This document shows, piece by piece, positions 49,766 through 58,747 of a DNA stretch of 64,000 bases (positions are counted from its first letter, which is position 1; every line of letters begins with the position of its first letter). The notes under the pieces were generated by a model. The model was not told where the DNA came from, searched no databases, and worked only from the letters and a program-made list of their open reading frames with translations. The position numbers were made by a program, and so were the translations under genes. Source of the stretch: an uncultured Dehalococcoidia bacterium (GTDB lineage: Bacteria; Chloroflexota; Dehalococcoidia; Lucifugimonadales; GCA-2712585); NCBI GenBank assembly GCA_951812825.1, contig OX638324.1:442459-506458 (forward strand), in the 5' to 3' direction.

Positions 49766-50130
49766 ATCAATTCCGAGAGCCACCACGCAATGACACGTCG
49801 TCGCTGAAGCGTTTGAACAGTTCGGTGCGGTCGGCGATGAGGTCGGCCAAAGCCCGACCCAAGGCTTTGTCGTGCTCTATGCGGGCATTTCGAAGGTCAG
49901 AGTTGGCCATGGCGTTCTGGTATGCCTCATCCTAGACAACTTTCTTTGTCAGTTCTTCGGCAATCACCCTCTGAATCTTGTCCTGGTCCTTCCACTCGAT
50001 GTTGACGAAGCAGTCGTTGAACTCTCGGATGATGTTGGAGAGTCTGTCCAATTCGGGTTCAGGTTTTTGTCCGCCTCCACCGTCGGGGTCGGGATCAATC
50101 TCTGAGTCTTCGTCGGCAAGATGGATCTCC
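49766..50130 (-). pseudogene. hsdR: Type I restriction enzyme HsdR C-terminal remnant with in-frame TAG
   Basis: My translation is ...LDRLSNIIREFNDCFVNIEWKDQDKIQRVIAEELTKKVV*DEAYQNAMANSDLRNARIEHDKALGRALADLIADRTELFKRFSDD..., which matches the conserved HsdR C-terminal (DUF3387-type) region. Only ~120 codons are left, with a TAG at 49932-49934. Confidence 0.65.
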
Positions 50131-50182
50131 TACACCGCCTGTTTTTCAACGCGATAACTGTCCTTACTCGTGGCGGCGGTGT

Positions 50183-51100
50183 TTACCAACCACCTGCTGC
50201 CGACCTCCGACGGCTCAACCCCGGCGCACGGGCGGACATCACTTGCAGGTCTAGGATGGAGGATTCCCGTTCAGGCACGGCTATCACCACCACCTTGGCC
50301 AGCCGCCCCTTCCATAAGACGGGCCGGGCTACAACGGCGTGACCGTCTTGATTGACATACTGAGTCCCGCCACGGCGCATGGCGACATCCGCCAGTGATC
50401 TGGGGGAAGGAGGTCTACCCCACCTGGGCACGTCTCCCGTCTCCCCACTGAGGGCAGGGGAGTCGGGCGTGCCCATACCTCTGGTCCTTTTCACAACCGT
50501 AGCCCTCAGGGAGGGAGGCCCCGTCCAGCCGGCTGGGTCTCCCCTCTCCGTGCTTTCGTACAAGACCACCATCAGGGGCGGGTGGCGCACAACCTCCGCC
50601 AACCTCATGGCCACCGAGGCGTAGGAGCACCGGTACATTCTCTGGAGGGTCAGCACGTCCAGTCCCGACGCACGGGCCATCGCCATGAAGACCCCCGGCT
50701 GCATTAACACCGCCGCGGCGAACCGGTCCCCGTCGTCACATATCTTGCGCGTCGAATAGGAACTGCCGTACAGATCGAACAGGGCTTCGTGAACGATCTC
50801 GTAAACCTCGTGGAGCACCGTGCAGTCCCGGGCACCTGCCCACAGATCCTTGCGGTAGTGGATATGGTGCCCACCGCCGGGAGCGCTGTAGTGGATGCCT
50901 TTCATACTCTCCAGGTGTCTGCCCGTCACGTGTCCGAAGCCCGCCCGCCTCAGCAGAAGGGACAGCTCCTCCATGGTGGGACGGCACGACACCCCAAAGT
51001 AGTCCACGAAGGCCGCGGCCATCCACCCGGGATTGAGGGTCCGGCGGAGATGGACCCCTTCCAACAACAATCGACAGAAGCCGTAGAGTGTTCCCTTCAC
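50183..51100 (-). CDS. ImmA/IrrE-family metallopeptidase-like protein (atypical metal motif)
   Basis: TVLHEVYEIVHEALF...GDRFAAAVLMQPGVF...GLDVLTLQRMYRCSYASVAMRLAEV follows the ImmA/IrrE layout, but HExxH is replaced by HEVYE..H. A GTGA overlap couples it to the upstream XRE gene. Confidence 0.6.
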   Translation of the reverse strand: MKGTLYGFCRLLLEGVHLRRTLNPGWMAAAFVDYFGVSCRPTMEELSLLLRRAGFGHVTGRHLESMKGIHYSAPGGGHHIHYRKDLWAGARDCTVLHEVYEIVHEALFDLYGSSYSTRKICDDGDRFAAAVLMQPGVFMAMARASGLDVLTLQRMYRCSYASVAMRLAEVVRHPPLMVVLYESTERGDPAGWTGPPSLRATVVKRTRGMGTPDSPALSGETGDVPRWGRPPSPRSLADVAMRRGGTQYVNQDGHAVVARPVLWKGRLAKVVVIAVPERESSILDLQVMSARAPGLSRRRSAAGGW

Positions 51101-51537
51101 TGGAGCAGCCTCCTGTTGGTGAACCGCTCGTACATCTCAACGATGAACCGCTTGGCGTTCAGGGAGAGGGGGCCGTCGGGCCTAGTGCCTACCCGGAAGA
51201 CCGGGTCCGCCAGCACGTACTTGTAGGCCCTTTCCACCTCCAACGCCTCGTTGCTGTTGGGATCGGGTTTGGGGCCGTACCCGGCCCGCCTCAGCAGCTG
51301 GCGCAGGTCCACGTTGTATGTTTCCGCCAGCCCTCTGAGGACCTTTCGGCCAGGCCTGCGGTCGCCCCTCTCCAACTGGGACAGATAAGAGCTGGAGATG
51401 CCCGTCCTGCGGGTGATGTCCCTGAGGCTCAGTTCTCCTCTCAGTCTCTTGAGCAGGGGACCTATCTCCTCGTTGCTCTCTGCTTCGCTGACTCTCTCAG
51501 GACTGAGGTTGCCGTTGAACTCTTCCATCTCTTGCAC
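51097..51537 (-). CDS. XRE-family HTH transcriptional regulator (ImmR-like partner of ImmA)
   Basis: LLKRLRGELSLRDITRRTGISSSYLSQLERGDRRPGRKVLRGLAETYNV is a classic HTH_3 pattern. Confidence 0.85.
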   Translation of the reverse strand: MQEMEEFNGNLSPERVSEAESNEEIGPLLKRLRGELSLRDITRRTGISSSYLSQLERGDRRPGRKVLRGLAETYNVDLRQLLRRAGYGPKPDPNSNEALEVERAYKYVLADPVFRVGTRPDGPLSLNAKRFIVEMYERFTNRRLLQ

Positions 51538-51647
51538 CCCCTTCAGTCGTGGACACCACTATCGGTTTACTTGTCGCTCCGGGCCCATTCTTGGCCAACA
51601 GTTGGCTCTTAGTTGTTGGTTTATTGTTACACCATAGTAAGTGATTG

Positions 51648-51683
51648 TCAAGATATAGCCTGTTTCTTAGGATATATCCTTGA
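51648..51683. promoter_or_regulatory. Operator-like inverted repeat in the divergent regulatory region
   Basis: TCAAGATATA (51648-51657) faces TATATCCTTGA (51673-51683). It includes the perfect palindrome GGATATATCC (51670-51679) and lies in an AT-rich stretch between divergent HTH genes. Confidence 0.4.
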
Positions 51684-51804
51684 TTTATCCCCTCAGTATA
51701 GATACACTGATGCATACAGAACTTATCTTTCCTTTTTAGAAATACATATCGGCTTCACCCCTCGTGGCCATGCCGCCAAGGGCAAGACGAACTACCCATC
51801 GTGA

Positions 51805-52035
51805 ATGAAAAAGAACATGAAGCAAGAACTCACCGAAGAACAGGATAGGAGACGGCTCAAAGGGCTGAGGATCCTGGCCCGCATTGTCGTGCGCCATCGC
51901 CTCGCCCATCCCAAGATGTACGTCGACGGCGCAAATGAGGATGGGGCCTCTTTGGTCTCCAGAGACAGTGTGTCTGACGTTGAGCAAAAAACTGGCAAGG
52001 AGCAGAAAGGTGAAGCGCAGAAGACCCTCCTATAG
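51805..52035 (+). CDS. Hypothetical small basic protein
   Basis: 76-aa ORF and first + strand ORF after the regulatory region. No motif recognised. It overlaps the next gene start by 26 nt. Confidence 0.3.
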   Translation: MKKNMKQELTEEQDRRRLKGLRILARIVVRHRLAHPKMYVDGANEDGASLVSRDSVSDVEQKTGKEQKGEAQKTLL

Positions 52036-52249
52036 GGTGAAGCTCGTTCGTGATAAGGTCTGGAAGATTATGCACCGACGCAACATCTCCCAGAACGAGT
52101 TGGCCAAGCTTTCCGGCATGTCCTCGGGTTACCTCTCCCTGCTGATGAGGGGGCTGCGCAGTCCATCGCCGGGGCGACGCAGACAACTGATGAGGGCCCT
52201 GGGAGTAACCAGGTTCGATGACCTGTTCATGCTGGAGACGGTCTCATGA
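52010..52249 (+). CDS. Small HTH (XRE-like) DNA-binding protein
   Basis: I prefer the GTG at 52010, 7 nt after AAGGAG. The core is NISQNELAKLSGMSSGYLSLLMRG. ATGA overlap with the next gene. Confidence 0.6.
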   Translation: MKRRRPSYRVKLVRDKVWKIMHRRNISQNELAKLSGMSSGYLSLLMRGLRSPSPGRRRQLMRALGVTRFDDLFMLETVS

Positions 52250-52578
52250 AGAGCGGCCTCCTACCATCTCACTTAATCGTCGACGACGGGCTGATACCCA
52301 CAGATTTCCCCCAGAGGCTGAACGCCTTCAAAGAAAGGACGGGACTATCCTGGGACGCTCTGGCGGGATGCCTGGGCGTGGACCCCCGACAGCTTCAGCG
52401 TTGGAGGAAGGGCACCAAGCCCAGCGGAGACGGGCTATGCGCCCTCATCCTGCTTGCCGCTCGCATACCCGGCGGCCTTCACACTCTGATGGAAGTCCAC
52501 GTTCTCCCACCGTCCGGGGTGTATCAACCGCCCCTGGCCTCTGGATTCGGAATGAGCGACGAAGGGGAGGAGGCGTAG
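52246..52578 (+). CDS. HTH-like protein, tandem paralog 1
   Basis: FPQRLNAFKERTGLSWDALAGCLGVDPRQLQRWRKGTKPSGDGLCALILLA parallels the next ORF. Confidence 0.6.
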   Translation: MKSGLLPSHLIVDDGLIPTDFPQRLNAFKERTGLSWDALAGCLGVDPRQLQRWRKGTKPSGDGLCALILLAARIPGGLHTLMEVHVLPPSGVYQPPLASGFGMSDEGEEA

Positions 52579-52582
52579 AGGA

Positions 52583-52876
52583 ATGGGAGTTCAGCGAAAG
52601 ATACACAGGCCCGTGCAGTTCGATTTCCCTGAAGATTTTTCCGAAAGGCTTGAACGGTTCAAGGAGGAGAGCGGGCTGAGCTGGAAGGCACTTGCACGCC
52701 TTATGGGTGTGAAGCCCTACCGGGTCTGGAAATGGCGCCAGGGCACCCGTCCCAGTTCGGCCCATCTCTTCCTTCTCCTGACCTTAGCTGACGCCATGGG
52801 ACTAAGGGAGGATATCCTGATGCGACCAGTCAAAGACCTGCCCGCGGGGGTCAACTCGGAGGAGCTGCGCCGGTGA
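52583..52876 (+). CDS. HTH-like protein, tandem paralog 2
   Basis: FPEDFSERLERFKEESGLSWKALARLMGVKPYRVWKWRQGTRPSSAHLFLLLTLA has the same F(P)..F..RL..FKE..GLSW.ALA...GV.P....WR.GT.PS pattern as 52246-52578. Confidence 0.6.
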   Translation: MGVQRKIHRPVQFDFPEDFSERLERFKEESGLSWKALARLMGVKPYRVWKWRQGTRPSSAHLFLLLTLADAMGLREDILMRPVKDLPAGVNSEELRR

Positions 52877-53602
52877 GGCGGTTCACGGTCATCAGCCTGG
52901 GCGGGGGCGTCATGGTCGCAGAGGGGACCTTCGATGCGGTCTCCGACTGTTCCATCTCCGCCGACACCCACTGGGAGCCTCCCAGCATATAGGAGCATCT
53001 GGCGTGGTTGAAACACAAACCCTCCTTCTCTCCCCACGTTGTGGACAATAGTCTTAGTCTTCGGCAGAACGTGATGGACCTCACCAACCACTTGGACTCA
53101 ACCAACTACAAGATCAGGCCCATTAGAAGGAAGATTCGCGAATTGTTGAGCCTGAGGTTTAGACAACATGTCTCCTCTGCCACTTTAGTGGAACTATGGC
53201 TCGGCATCTCGACCGACGAGGCCCGCCGGATTAGGAACTCCAGGGACCGGTGGATCGTAATTCGCTACCCGCTCATCGAGGTAGGCATGTCCCAGTAGGG
53301 ATTGAATGGAATGGTGGAAGGCGCATTACGACAGGCCCTTGGAACGCTCGGTCTGGGTGGGCTGTCCCTTCCAGTCCCGCCCAAAGTGGGTGGAGACCAA
53401 GTGGCGGCGGCTTGGGCTGTTCGCCGAATCGGTGGAGATTGGTGAGAGGCTGCAGGGAGGGTCAGCCTACGTGAGGGCACCCTATCTTCATCCCCTGCGC
53501 ATCCCCCTAGCCGGGGCTGTGTCCAAAGATGAGGCCAGCCTGGAATCGGTGGAATCGCAGGACAGTTTCGGTATCGAGTGTGAGGGTCACTGCGGCGTCT
53601 GA
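52873..53602 (+). pseudogene. Phage/ICE-type PAPS-reductase-like protein, decayed (in-frame TAG plus frameshift)
   Basis: My translation is VRRFTVISLGGGVMVAEG...CSISADTHWEPPSI*EHLAWL...DSTNYKIRPIRRKI...WLGISTDEARR...RYPLIEVGMSQ*. The second frame gives EWWKAHYDRPLERSVWVGCPFQS. It matches the family pattern S.GGGVQS / FADT.WEP...YEHL.WL / C...YKI.PI / GIS.DE..R / YPL / CP, with a TAG at 52990-52992 and a frame change near 53298. Confidence 0.55.
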
Positions 53603-53663
53603 CTAGAAGTATGATTGTCAACCTACTTCCAATCTCTGCCTTCATTCAGTCTATGTCAACAGT

Positions 53664-54437
53664 TCAACGCCTGATGACGCCCTGCAAATCACGTCCCGAT
53701 GCATTCCTATTGAGGGCGGAGTCCAGTATGTCGAAGGGCTGACGGGCTCGCATCGTGTCTTTCCAGAGAGTCATCTCCCCGTTAGCCTGCTCCTCCTGCA
53801 CGAGCAGGGCGTGGGCCACAAGGCCGGACATCTGAAGCGGCCAGTCGGACCTTGAACTACGGAAAGCGGGTCCGCCGATGACGTTCTTCAAGGGCTTGTT
53901 CCTGATCCGCCGACCGTCCTCCCATTGCTCGTATTTGCTGGGCATGGGATTGAACGTCCTTAGCCGCCAGTAGGTCCTGGAGACCAATCCTTCCTCGCCG
54001 GGGCGGAATATGAGAAAGGCGTGGCGATTTTCCATGGCCACGGATACATTGATGCGATTGAGCAGCCGGTTGAGGCCGACCCGCCTGTAGTCACCACAGT
54101 CCGGCTTGTACAGACAGACGTTTATCACTTCGACGCCACCCATAGCCCGTGCGGCTTCCTCGATACGGCGCAAGCCCCCGGCAATGATCCTTTCTCCCCA
54201 TACTGCAGCGGGCATCCAGCTTTGCGTCCAACTGCGGTTATTCAAACTGACATTCCCACTCAGCAACTCCGAGGGACGAAGATGCCATTCGCAGGGAATT
54301 CCGTGGCGGCGCCACAGCTCTTGTCGCCAATCGCGGATTACTCGAAGGAAATCGTTCCACACCTCGGCATTCACGCCCAGGGCTGTTCGGACGTGGCGCC
54401 TCCGGCTCTCGGCCTCATGAACATAGTAGAGTCTCAT
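53664..54437 (-). CDS. DUF3800-like protein
   Basis: 257 aa, AGGAGAG RBS. The N-terminal LYYVHEAES and C-terminal LQMSGLVAHAL loosely resemble the DUF3800 yiDEsG / LQlADlvA motifs. It is the last gene of the transfer operon. Confidence 0.4.
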   Translation of the reverse strand: MRLYYVHEAESRRRHVRTALGVNAEVWNDFLRVIRDWRQELWRRHGIPCEWHLRPSELLSGNVSLNNRSWTQSWMPAAVWGERIIAGGLRRIEEAARAMGGVEVINVCLYKPDCGDYRRVGLNRLLNRINVSVAMENRHAFLIFRPGEEGLVSRTYWRLRTFNPMPSKYEQWEDGRRIRNKPLKNVIGGPAFRSSRSDWPLQMSGLVAHALLVQEEQANGEMTLWKDTMRARQPFDILDSALNRNASGRDLQGVIRR

Positions 54438-56115
54438 GTATTGTTCTCTCCTTTTTGTTTCGAGATATTCGTGCCTTGGGAATCGGGGCCACGAGTTCCC
54501 ACTGCCCGGGCCTGCGCCACACGCGTCCCAGAGGGCCCCTCCTCTCCACCAGACCCACGTGGGATACCAGCAGTGGCACGGAGACTCCTTTTTGTTCCAT
54601 CTCCTTCATTGCCACACGCAGAAAACCGGTGGCCGCCGATTCCTCGTTGAAGACCACAAATACGTGGGGCGCGGAGCCGTGGTCATCGGCGGGACGGTGT
54701 GTTCCGTAGTAGTTCATATAGGGAGCCAGGCGCACCACCATGGTGATTGGGCGTACAGCCCTCCGCTCCATCTCCAGGAAGAAGGGCCAGTCGACGTTTC
54801 CCTTCCGCAGTAGGCCGAAGGCATCGGGATGGATGGATCGCATGCCGCTGGGGAACCGGAAATAGCGAGAGGCCCTGATGGGCGGGTCCAGCTGTACCGT
54901 CTCCCATCCCAGGTCGCGGGCCTGCCCGGTAAGAGCGGCAAGGAAACCGTGGACGGCAGAAGTATGGTCCACGTGTCGCAGCAGCTGCCGGCTGCGCCTG
55001 CCTGTGACGTTGCGCCAGTGTAGGGGACAATCCTCATTCAGCGGTGAAACACTCCAGCTATTCTTCGCAATCCCCACGGAGGTCCGGTCCCGGCGGGCCA
55101 GTACAGCCAGGCCGGTATCGGAAAGGGCCAGGCGTCCCCCCGACGCCGAAGTGCGAACCACCAAGCCGAAGTCCTTAAGGGAAGAAACCACTTGGGACGC
55201 CCGCGGGCGGGATACCCCCATCAGGCCTGCCAGGTCGCTGAGGTTAAGCCATGGCCAACCGGAGAGCAGGTCCAAGGTGCGCTTCTCCGCGGGCCTGAGC
55301 AGCGCCGGCAGCAGGAAGTCCGGAACGTCCTCCTCCAGGCCGTACTTGTTCAGATCCCGGGGAAAGGAGATTCGAGAGAGAGGCCGCTCCACGGGAAGCA
55401 CCCCGCCGGGGGGCAGCCGGTCGATGGCCGCTCCCAAGTCGATGGCGCCTCTGACGGAGGGCATCTGCCAAACGGAGTGGTAAGTGGCTCCCAAAGCCGC
55501 CTCCCGCTCCAACGCAAGGAGCGCCGACACGGGGGTGAGGGACAGCAGCCTGCGGGCGTACCGCAGCCGAATCTCGTCGGGCATTAACATGAGGACTGTG
55601 CCCGGCAATGGTATTCGTGTAAGTCTCCACACCCGCTTTGCGAAGCCCGTCCTGCCAGAGGTGGGTCCCAGTCGGAATATGCCGACGGTCCTTCCCCCGG
55701 GAAGGTCGATTGCAGCATCCAAGGGCATGGCCCGATACCATCGGAAGCCGATGGGATGGGCCACGTTGGACAGGGCGGTGGCCAGCCGGTAGAGGACGCC
55801 AAGGGAGTCTAGCCGGTCCAGCAGGACTCGCCGCCAACGGGTGGAGACGGGGTGGCTACGCAGCAGTTTGTCCATATCCTTGTTGCCGGCACTGGCCAGT
55901 AGGCGCAATCCCCTTGCGGTGAGGTGGTACCTCCGCGTCAGGGGTGTCAGTTCCGTGGCATGGGGTAGAGATCCCACGAGACCTGATCCCACCAGCCTTC
56001 CCATGGACCTGTAGACGGCTCCCCTGGACCAGCCGGAGATAGCCGCAGCCTCCAGCCGGTCGAGGAAGGGCATACGGGCCAGAAGTCCCATTATCCGGGC
56101 ATCCGGGGGCTTCAC
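54415..56115 (-). CDS. Replication-relaxation (Replic_Relax) family protein with two winged-HTH segments
   Basis: ARMPFLDRLEAAAISGWSRGAVYRSMGRLVGSGLV and LNLSDLAGLMGVSRPRASQVVSSLKDFGLVVR are wHTH-like. The C-terminal HVDHTSAVHGFL...IHPDAFGLL....WPFFLEMERR fits Replic_Relax. The GTG start overlaps the T4CP stop (GTGA). Confidence 0.65.
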   Translation of the reverse strand: MKPPDARIMGLLARMPFLDRLEAAAISGWSRGAVYRSMGRLVGSGLVGSLPHATELTPLTRRYHLTARGLRLLASAGNKDMDKLLRSHPVSTRWRRVLLDRLDSLGVLYRLATALSNVAHPIGFRWYRAMPLDAAIDLPGGRTVGIFRLGPTSGRTGFAKRVWRLTRIPLPGTVLMLMPDEIRLRYARRLLSLTPVSALLALEREAALGATYHSVWQMPSVRGAIDLGAAIDRLPPGGVLPVERPLSRISFPRDLNKYGLEEDVPDFLLPALLRPAEKRTLDLLSGWPWLNLSDLAGLMGVSRPRASQVVSSLKDFGLVVRTSASGGRLALSDTGLAVLARRDRTSVGIAKNSWSVSPLNEDCPLHWRNVTGRRSRQLLRHVDHTSAVHGFLAALTGQARDLGWETVQLDPPIRASRYFRFPSGMRSIHPDAFGLLRKGNVDWPFFLEMERRAVRPITMVVRLAPYMNYYGTHRPADDHGSAPHVFVVFNEESAATGFLRVAMKEMEQKGVSVPLLVSHVGLVERRGPLGRVWRRPGQWELVAPIPKARISRNKKERTIHETLLCS

Positions 56116-58688
56116 TCCTCACGCTCCTTCGCAGCTGGCCCTTCAGGGGATGCTCCAGGTTTCTGGTCACGCTTGGTCCGCACCTTCTGGCGACTAGGTT
56201 TAGGTGGCTCGACCTCCTTCTTCGCTTTCTTCCCGCCGACAAGCTGCTTCATCTCCCGGCGGTATTTCTCCGCCAGGCTGCGCAGGCCGGACTCCCTCTC
56301 CGATATCTCCCCGGACGTCACAAGATAGCCCAGAGCTGCGGCGCGGATGCGGGCCGCTACTTCTGGGTCTCCCTGATCGGGCTTTCTCGTCATCATGGAG
56401 AAGGTTGGAAGGCGCTCCTTCCCCACCGTGGCTCTCACGTAGCAGTGGTGGACGGGGAGCGACACCATGTCCTCCTCAGTGATCCGGTCCTTTCCCAATT
56501 CCCACACAAGCTGTCTTGCGTCGGAACCCGCCACCTGGAACACGGCCAAACATCCCACGTTGGCCAGCAGGGTGTCCCGCATGGTGGTATAGAGGTCGTC
56601 CAGCTTGGCCAGGCTCTGGGTGGCCAGGATGAAGCTGGCTCCAAACTTGCCCAATTCAGAGAGCATGGACTCGTAGTCGACGCCCGGCATGGACTGCATC
56701 TCATCTACCACGACGAGGGCGCCGCGCCTCTTCTCGAGGGGCATTCTGCCCTGTTCCCTGATTACTGAGTCGACCAGATTGAGCAGGGAGGCACCCACCA
56801 GGGCCGCCACGTCCCTGCCGACGACGCCCTGGGAGGTGGACACCAGCAGGATGCCCCCATCAAGAATCGTCTCCCTCAGGTCTATGGTGGAACGGGACTG
56901 TCCCAATATCGCCCTCGCCCTCACAGAGGAGGCGTAGTAGGAGAGGCGGGTCTGGACCGGGGCGAGAGAGTCGGCCTTGTAGTCGCGGCTCCAGCCGTAG
57001 AAGGTGTTCGCCCACCACTCCAGGATGTAGGGGTCGTCGACCTTGTCGAGGACAGTGGTCCGGAAGACGGGGTTGGAAAGGACTTTCAGGCCGTCCAAGA
57101 TTGTGTACTGTTCGGCGGACTCCATCTGCTTGTTGGCCTCGTGCAGGGTCTTGACGGTAAACTCCAGGATGGACTGCATCCTGGGGCCCCACTGGTCCCA
57201 AAGGCCTTTCGCCACCCGCACCACCGAGTCGGCGGTGCGGTCCCTGTCGGAGAAGATCCGGGTGTCAATCAAATTGATGCCCGGCGCTCCCCGCTCGTCA
57301 GCCAGGTCGATGAGCTTCACTTTATTGACGAGAGACTCGGGCACCTGCTCCAGCAGGCCGTTGACCAGGTCTGCGTGGGGATCCACCACGATGATGGCGT
57401 CGCCGTCCCTACCCGCCGCCTTTTGCCGCATCTTGTGAGATACCAGATGGTGCATGAGGGTGGACTTGCCCATGCGGGTGCGCGCTATGTAGAGGTGATG
57501 CCTTCGGAGGAGGTCATCAGGGAAGTGAATCATTCTTGGCGTACCGGAGGTGGTGTCGCCAACGTGGGCGCCGCCACTCACGCTGCCAGCCGTGGGCAGC
57601 AGCATCTTTGCCCCGGAACGGGCCACGAGGGGCGTCTCGTCCTTTGCTCCCGGCGGGTGCCACAGGGCGGCAGCCTCCCTCACACCAATGACACTGCGGC
57701 CGCCGAAGAATCCGGGACGCGAGGGATGCAGGTCCTCCGGGTTGGGAACCATGGGTTGCATCCTTCCCACCCTGAATCTGGCTCCCGCCGGATTGTCGTA
57801 GTGTCGGTAGGCCGCCGCCACCTGTTCCAGCAGATGCTTGGCCCTCAGGGGACGGGTGCCCCTGGGCAGCATGGCGGTGACCTGCACCTCGGCGTCGAAG
57901 GCCATCCGGGCCACTTTCTCCCGTATCAGCAGAGGATCGTATACCCGGTTGCGGGACTTCCTCCACCAGTGCCATATCCAGCCTCCCACGGCCAGTCCGA
58001 GGGCTGATCCTGCGCCAAGGAGGGCAGCTTTCCATATCTCGCCGCTCTGAACCCAGAGATAGCCCCGTATGGCAATAAGGGCTCCAATGCCAAGAACCGC
58101 CATCGTTACGCCGTCCATCCGCAGGAGTCCGGCCTGCTGGGCGGACTCGCTGGATTGAGGAACCGGATTACGATGGGCTTTCTCCATGTACCCCTGGGAC
58201 CAGTCGGGTCCCAGGGAATTAAGTTTCAGCCTGGCCACAATCCGCTCTCCCTCCTGCAGTTCTGACAGGGCAGCCAGTAGGGCCATCATAGGGTCCGAGC
58301 CAGGGTCCAGCAGGTCGTCGTCCCGGAATGTGCGCAGGGACACGTACTCGGGCCCTGAGGCCCTGAGGGTCATGCCCCAGGCTTCTTCTCCCTCGCCCAG
58401 GCGTAGGGGGTCGTTCTTGGGTGACACCTCAGCTATTCTGGCCTGGGGATATCGCACGGCTATCTGGCCGCGCACCACCCGGTCGTCGATACAACGGGCC
58501 ATAAGGGACACGCCGTCCGCGCTGCCGGCCAGCTCCAGGGAGAAGGGCTCCGGCACGGCGATGGACCCCAGCAGGTTCTCCACCCCCAGAAGCGTGCGCT
58601 CCCCCGTACGAGGCGGCGTCACCTCCAACAACCCGGGTCTTTTCGGTTCGGGATCTCCAAAGAGCATCTTCTTCAACTTCAATTTCAT
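56112..58688 (-). CDS. Type IV secretion coupling protein-like ATPase (VirD4/TraG/TraD class, FtsK/HerA superfamily)
   Basis: 858 aa, AAGGAGGG RBS. Two TM helices lie around residues 200-240. Walker A is ARTRMGKST and Walker B is LVVVDEMQS. The tail FGASFILATQSLAKL is T4CP-like. Confidence 0.8.
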   Translation of the reverse strand: MKLKLKKMLFGDPEPKRPGLLEVTPPRTGERTLLGVENLLGSIAVPEPFSLELAGSADGVSLMARCIDDRVVRGQIAVRYPQARIAEVSPKNDPLRLGEGEEAWGMTLRASGPEYVSLRTFRDDDLLDPGSDPMMALLAALSELQEGERIVARLKLNSLGPDWSQGYMEKAHRNPVPQSSESAQQAGLLRMDGVTMAVLGIGALIAIRGYLWVQSGEIWKAALLGAGSALGLAVGGWIWHWWRKSRNRVYDPLLIREKVARMAFDAEVQVTAMLPRGTRPLRAKHLLEQVAAAYRHYDNPAGARFRVGRMQPMVPNPEDLHPSRPGFFGGRSVIGVREAAALWHPPGAKDETPLVARSGAKMLLPTAGSVSGGAHVGDTTSGTPRMIHFPDDLLRRHHLYIARTRMGKSTLMHHLVSHKMRQKAAGRDGDAIIVVDPHADLVNGLLEQVPESLVNKVKLIDLADERGAPGINLIDTRIFSDRDRTADSVVRVAKGLWDQWGPRMQSILEFTVKTLHEANKQMESAEQYTILDGLKVLSNPVFRTTVLDKVDDPYILEWWANTFYGWSRDYKADSLAPVQTRLSYYASSVRARAILGQSRSTIDLRETILDGGILLVSTSQGVVGRDVAALVGASLLNLVDSVIREQGRMPLEKRRGALVVVDEMQSMPGVDYESMLSELGKFGASFILATQSLAKLDDLYTTMRDTLLANVGCLAVFQVAGSDARQLVWELGKDRITEEDMVSLPVHHCYVRATVGKERLPTFSMMTRKPDQGDPEVAARIRAAALGYLVTSGEISERESGLRSLAEKYRREMKQLVGGKKAKKEVEPPKPSRQKVRTKRDQKPGASPEGPAAKEREE

Positions 58689-58747
58689 TTTTCTTCCCTC
58701 CTTTTGATTGCTTCAGTTATCCACGGTTCCGAATTGATCGGCATCCA

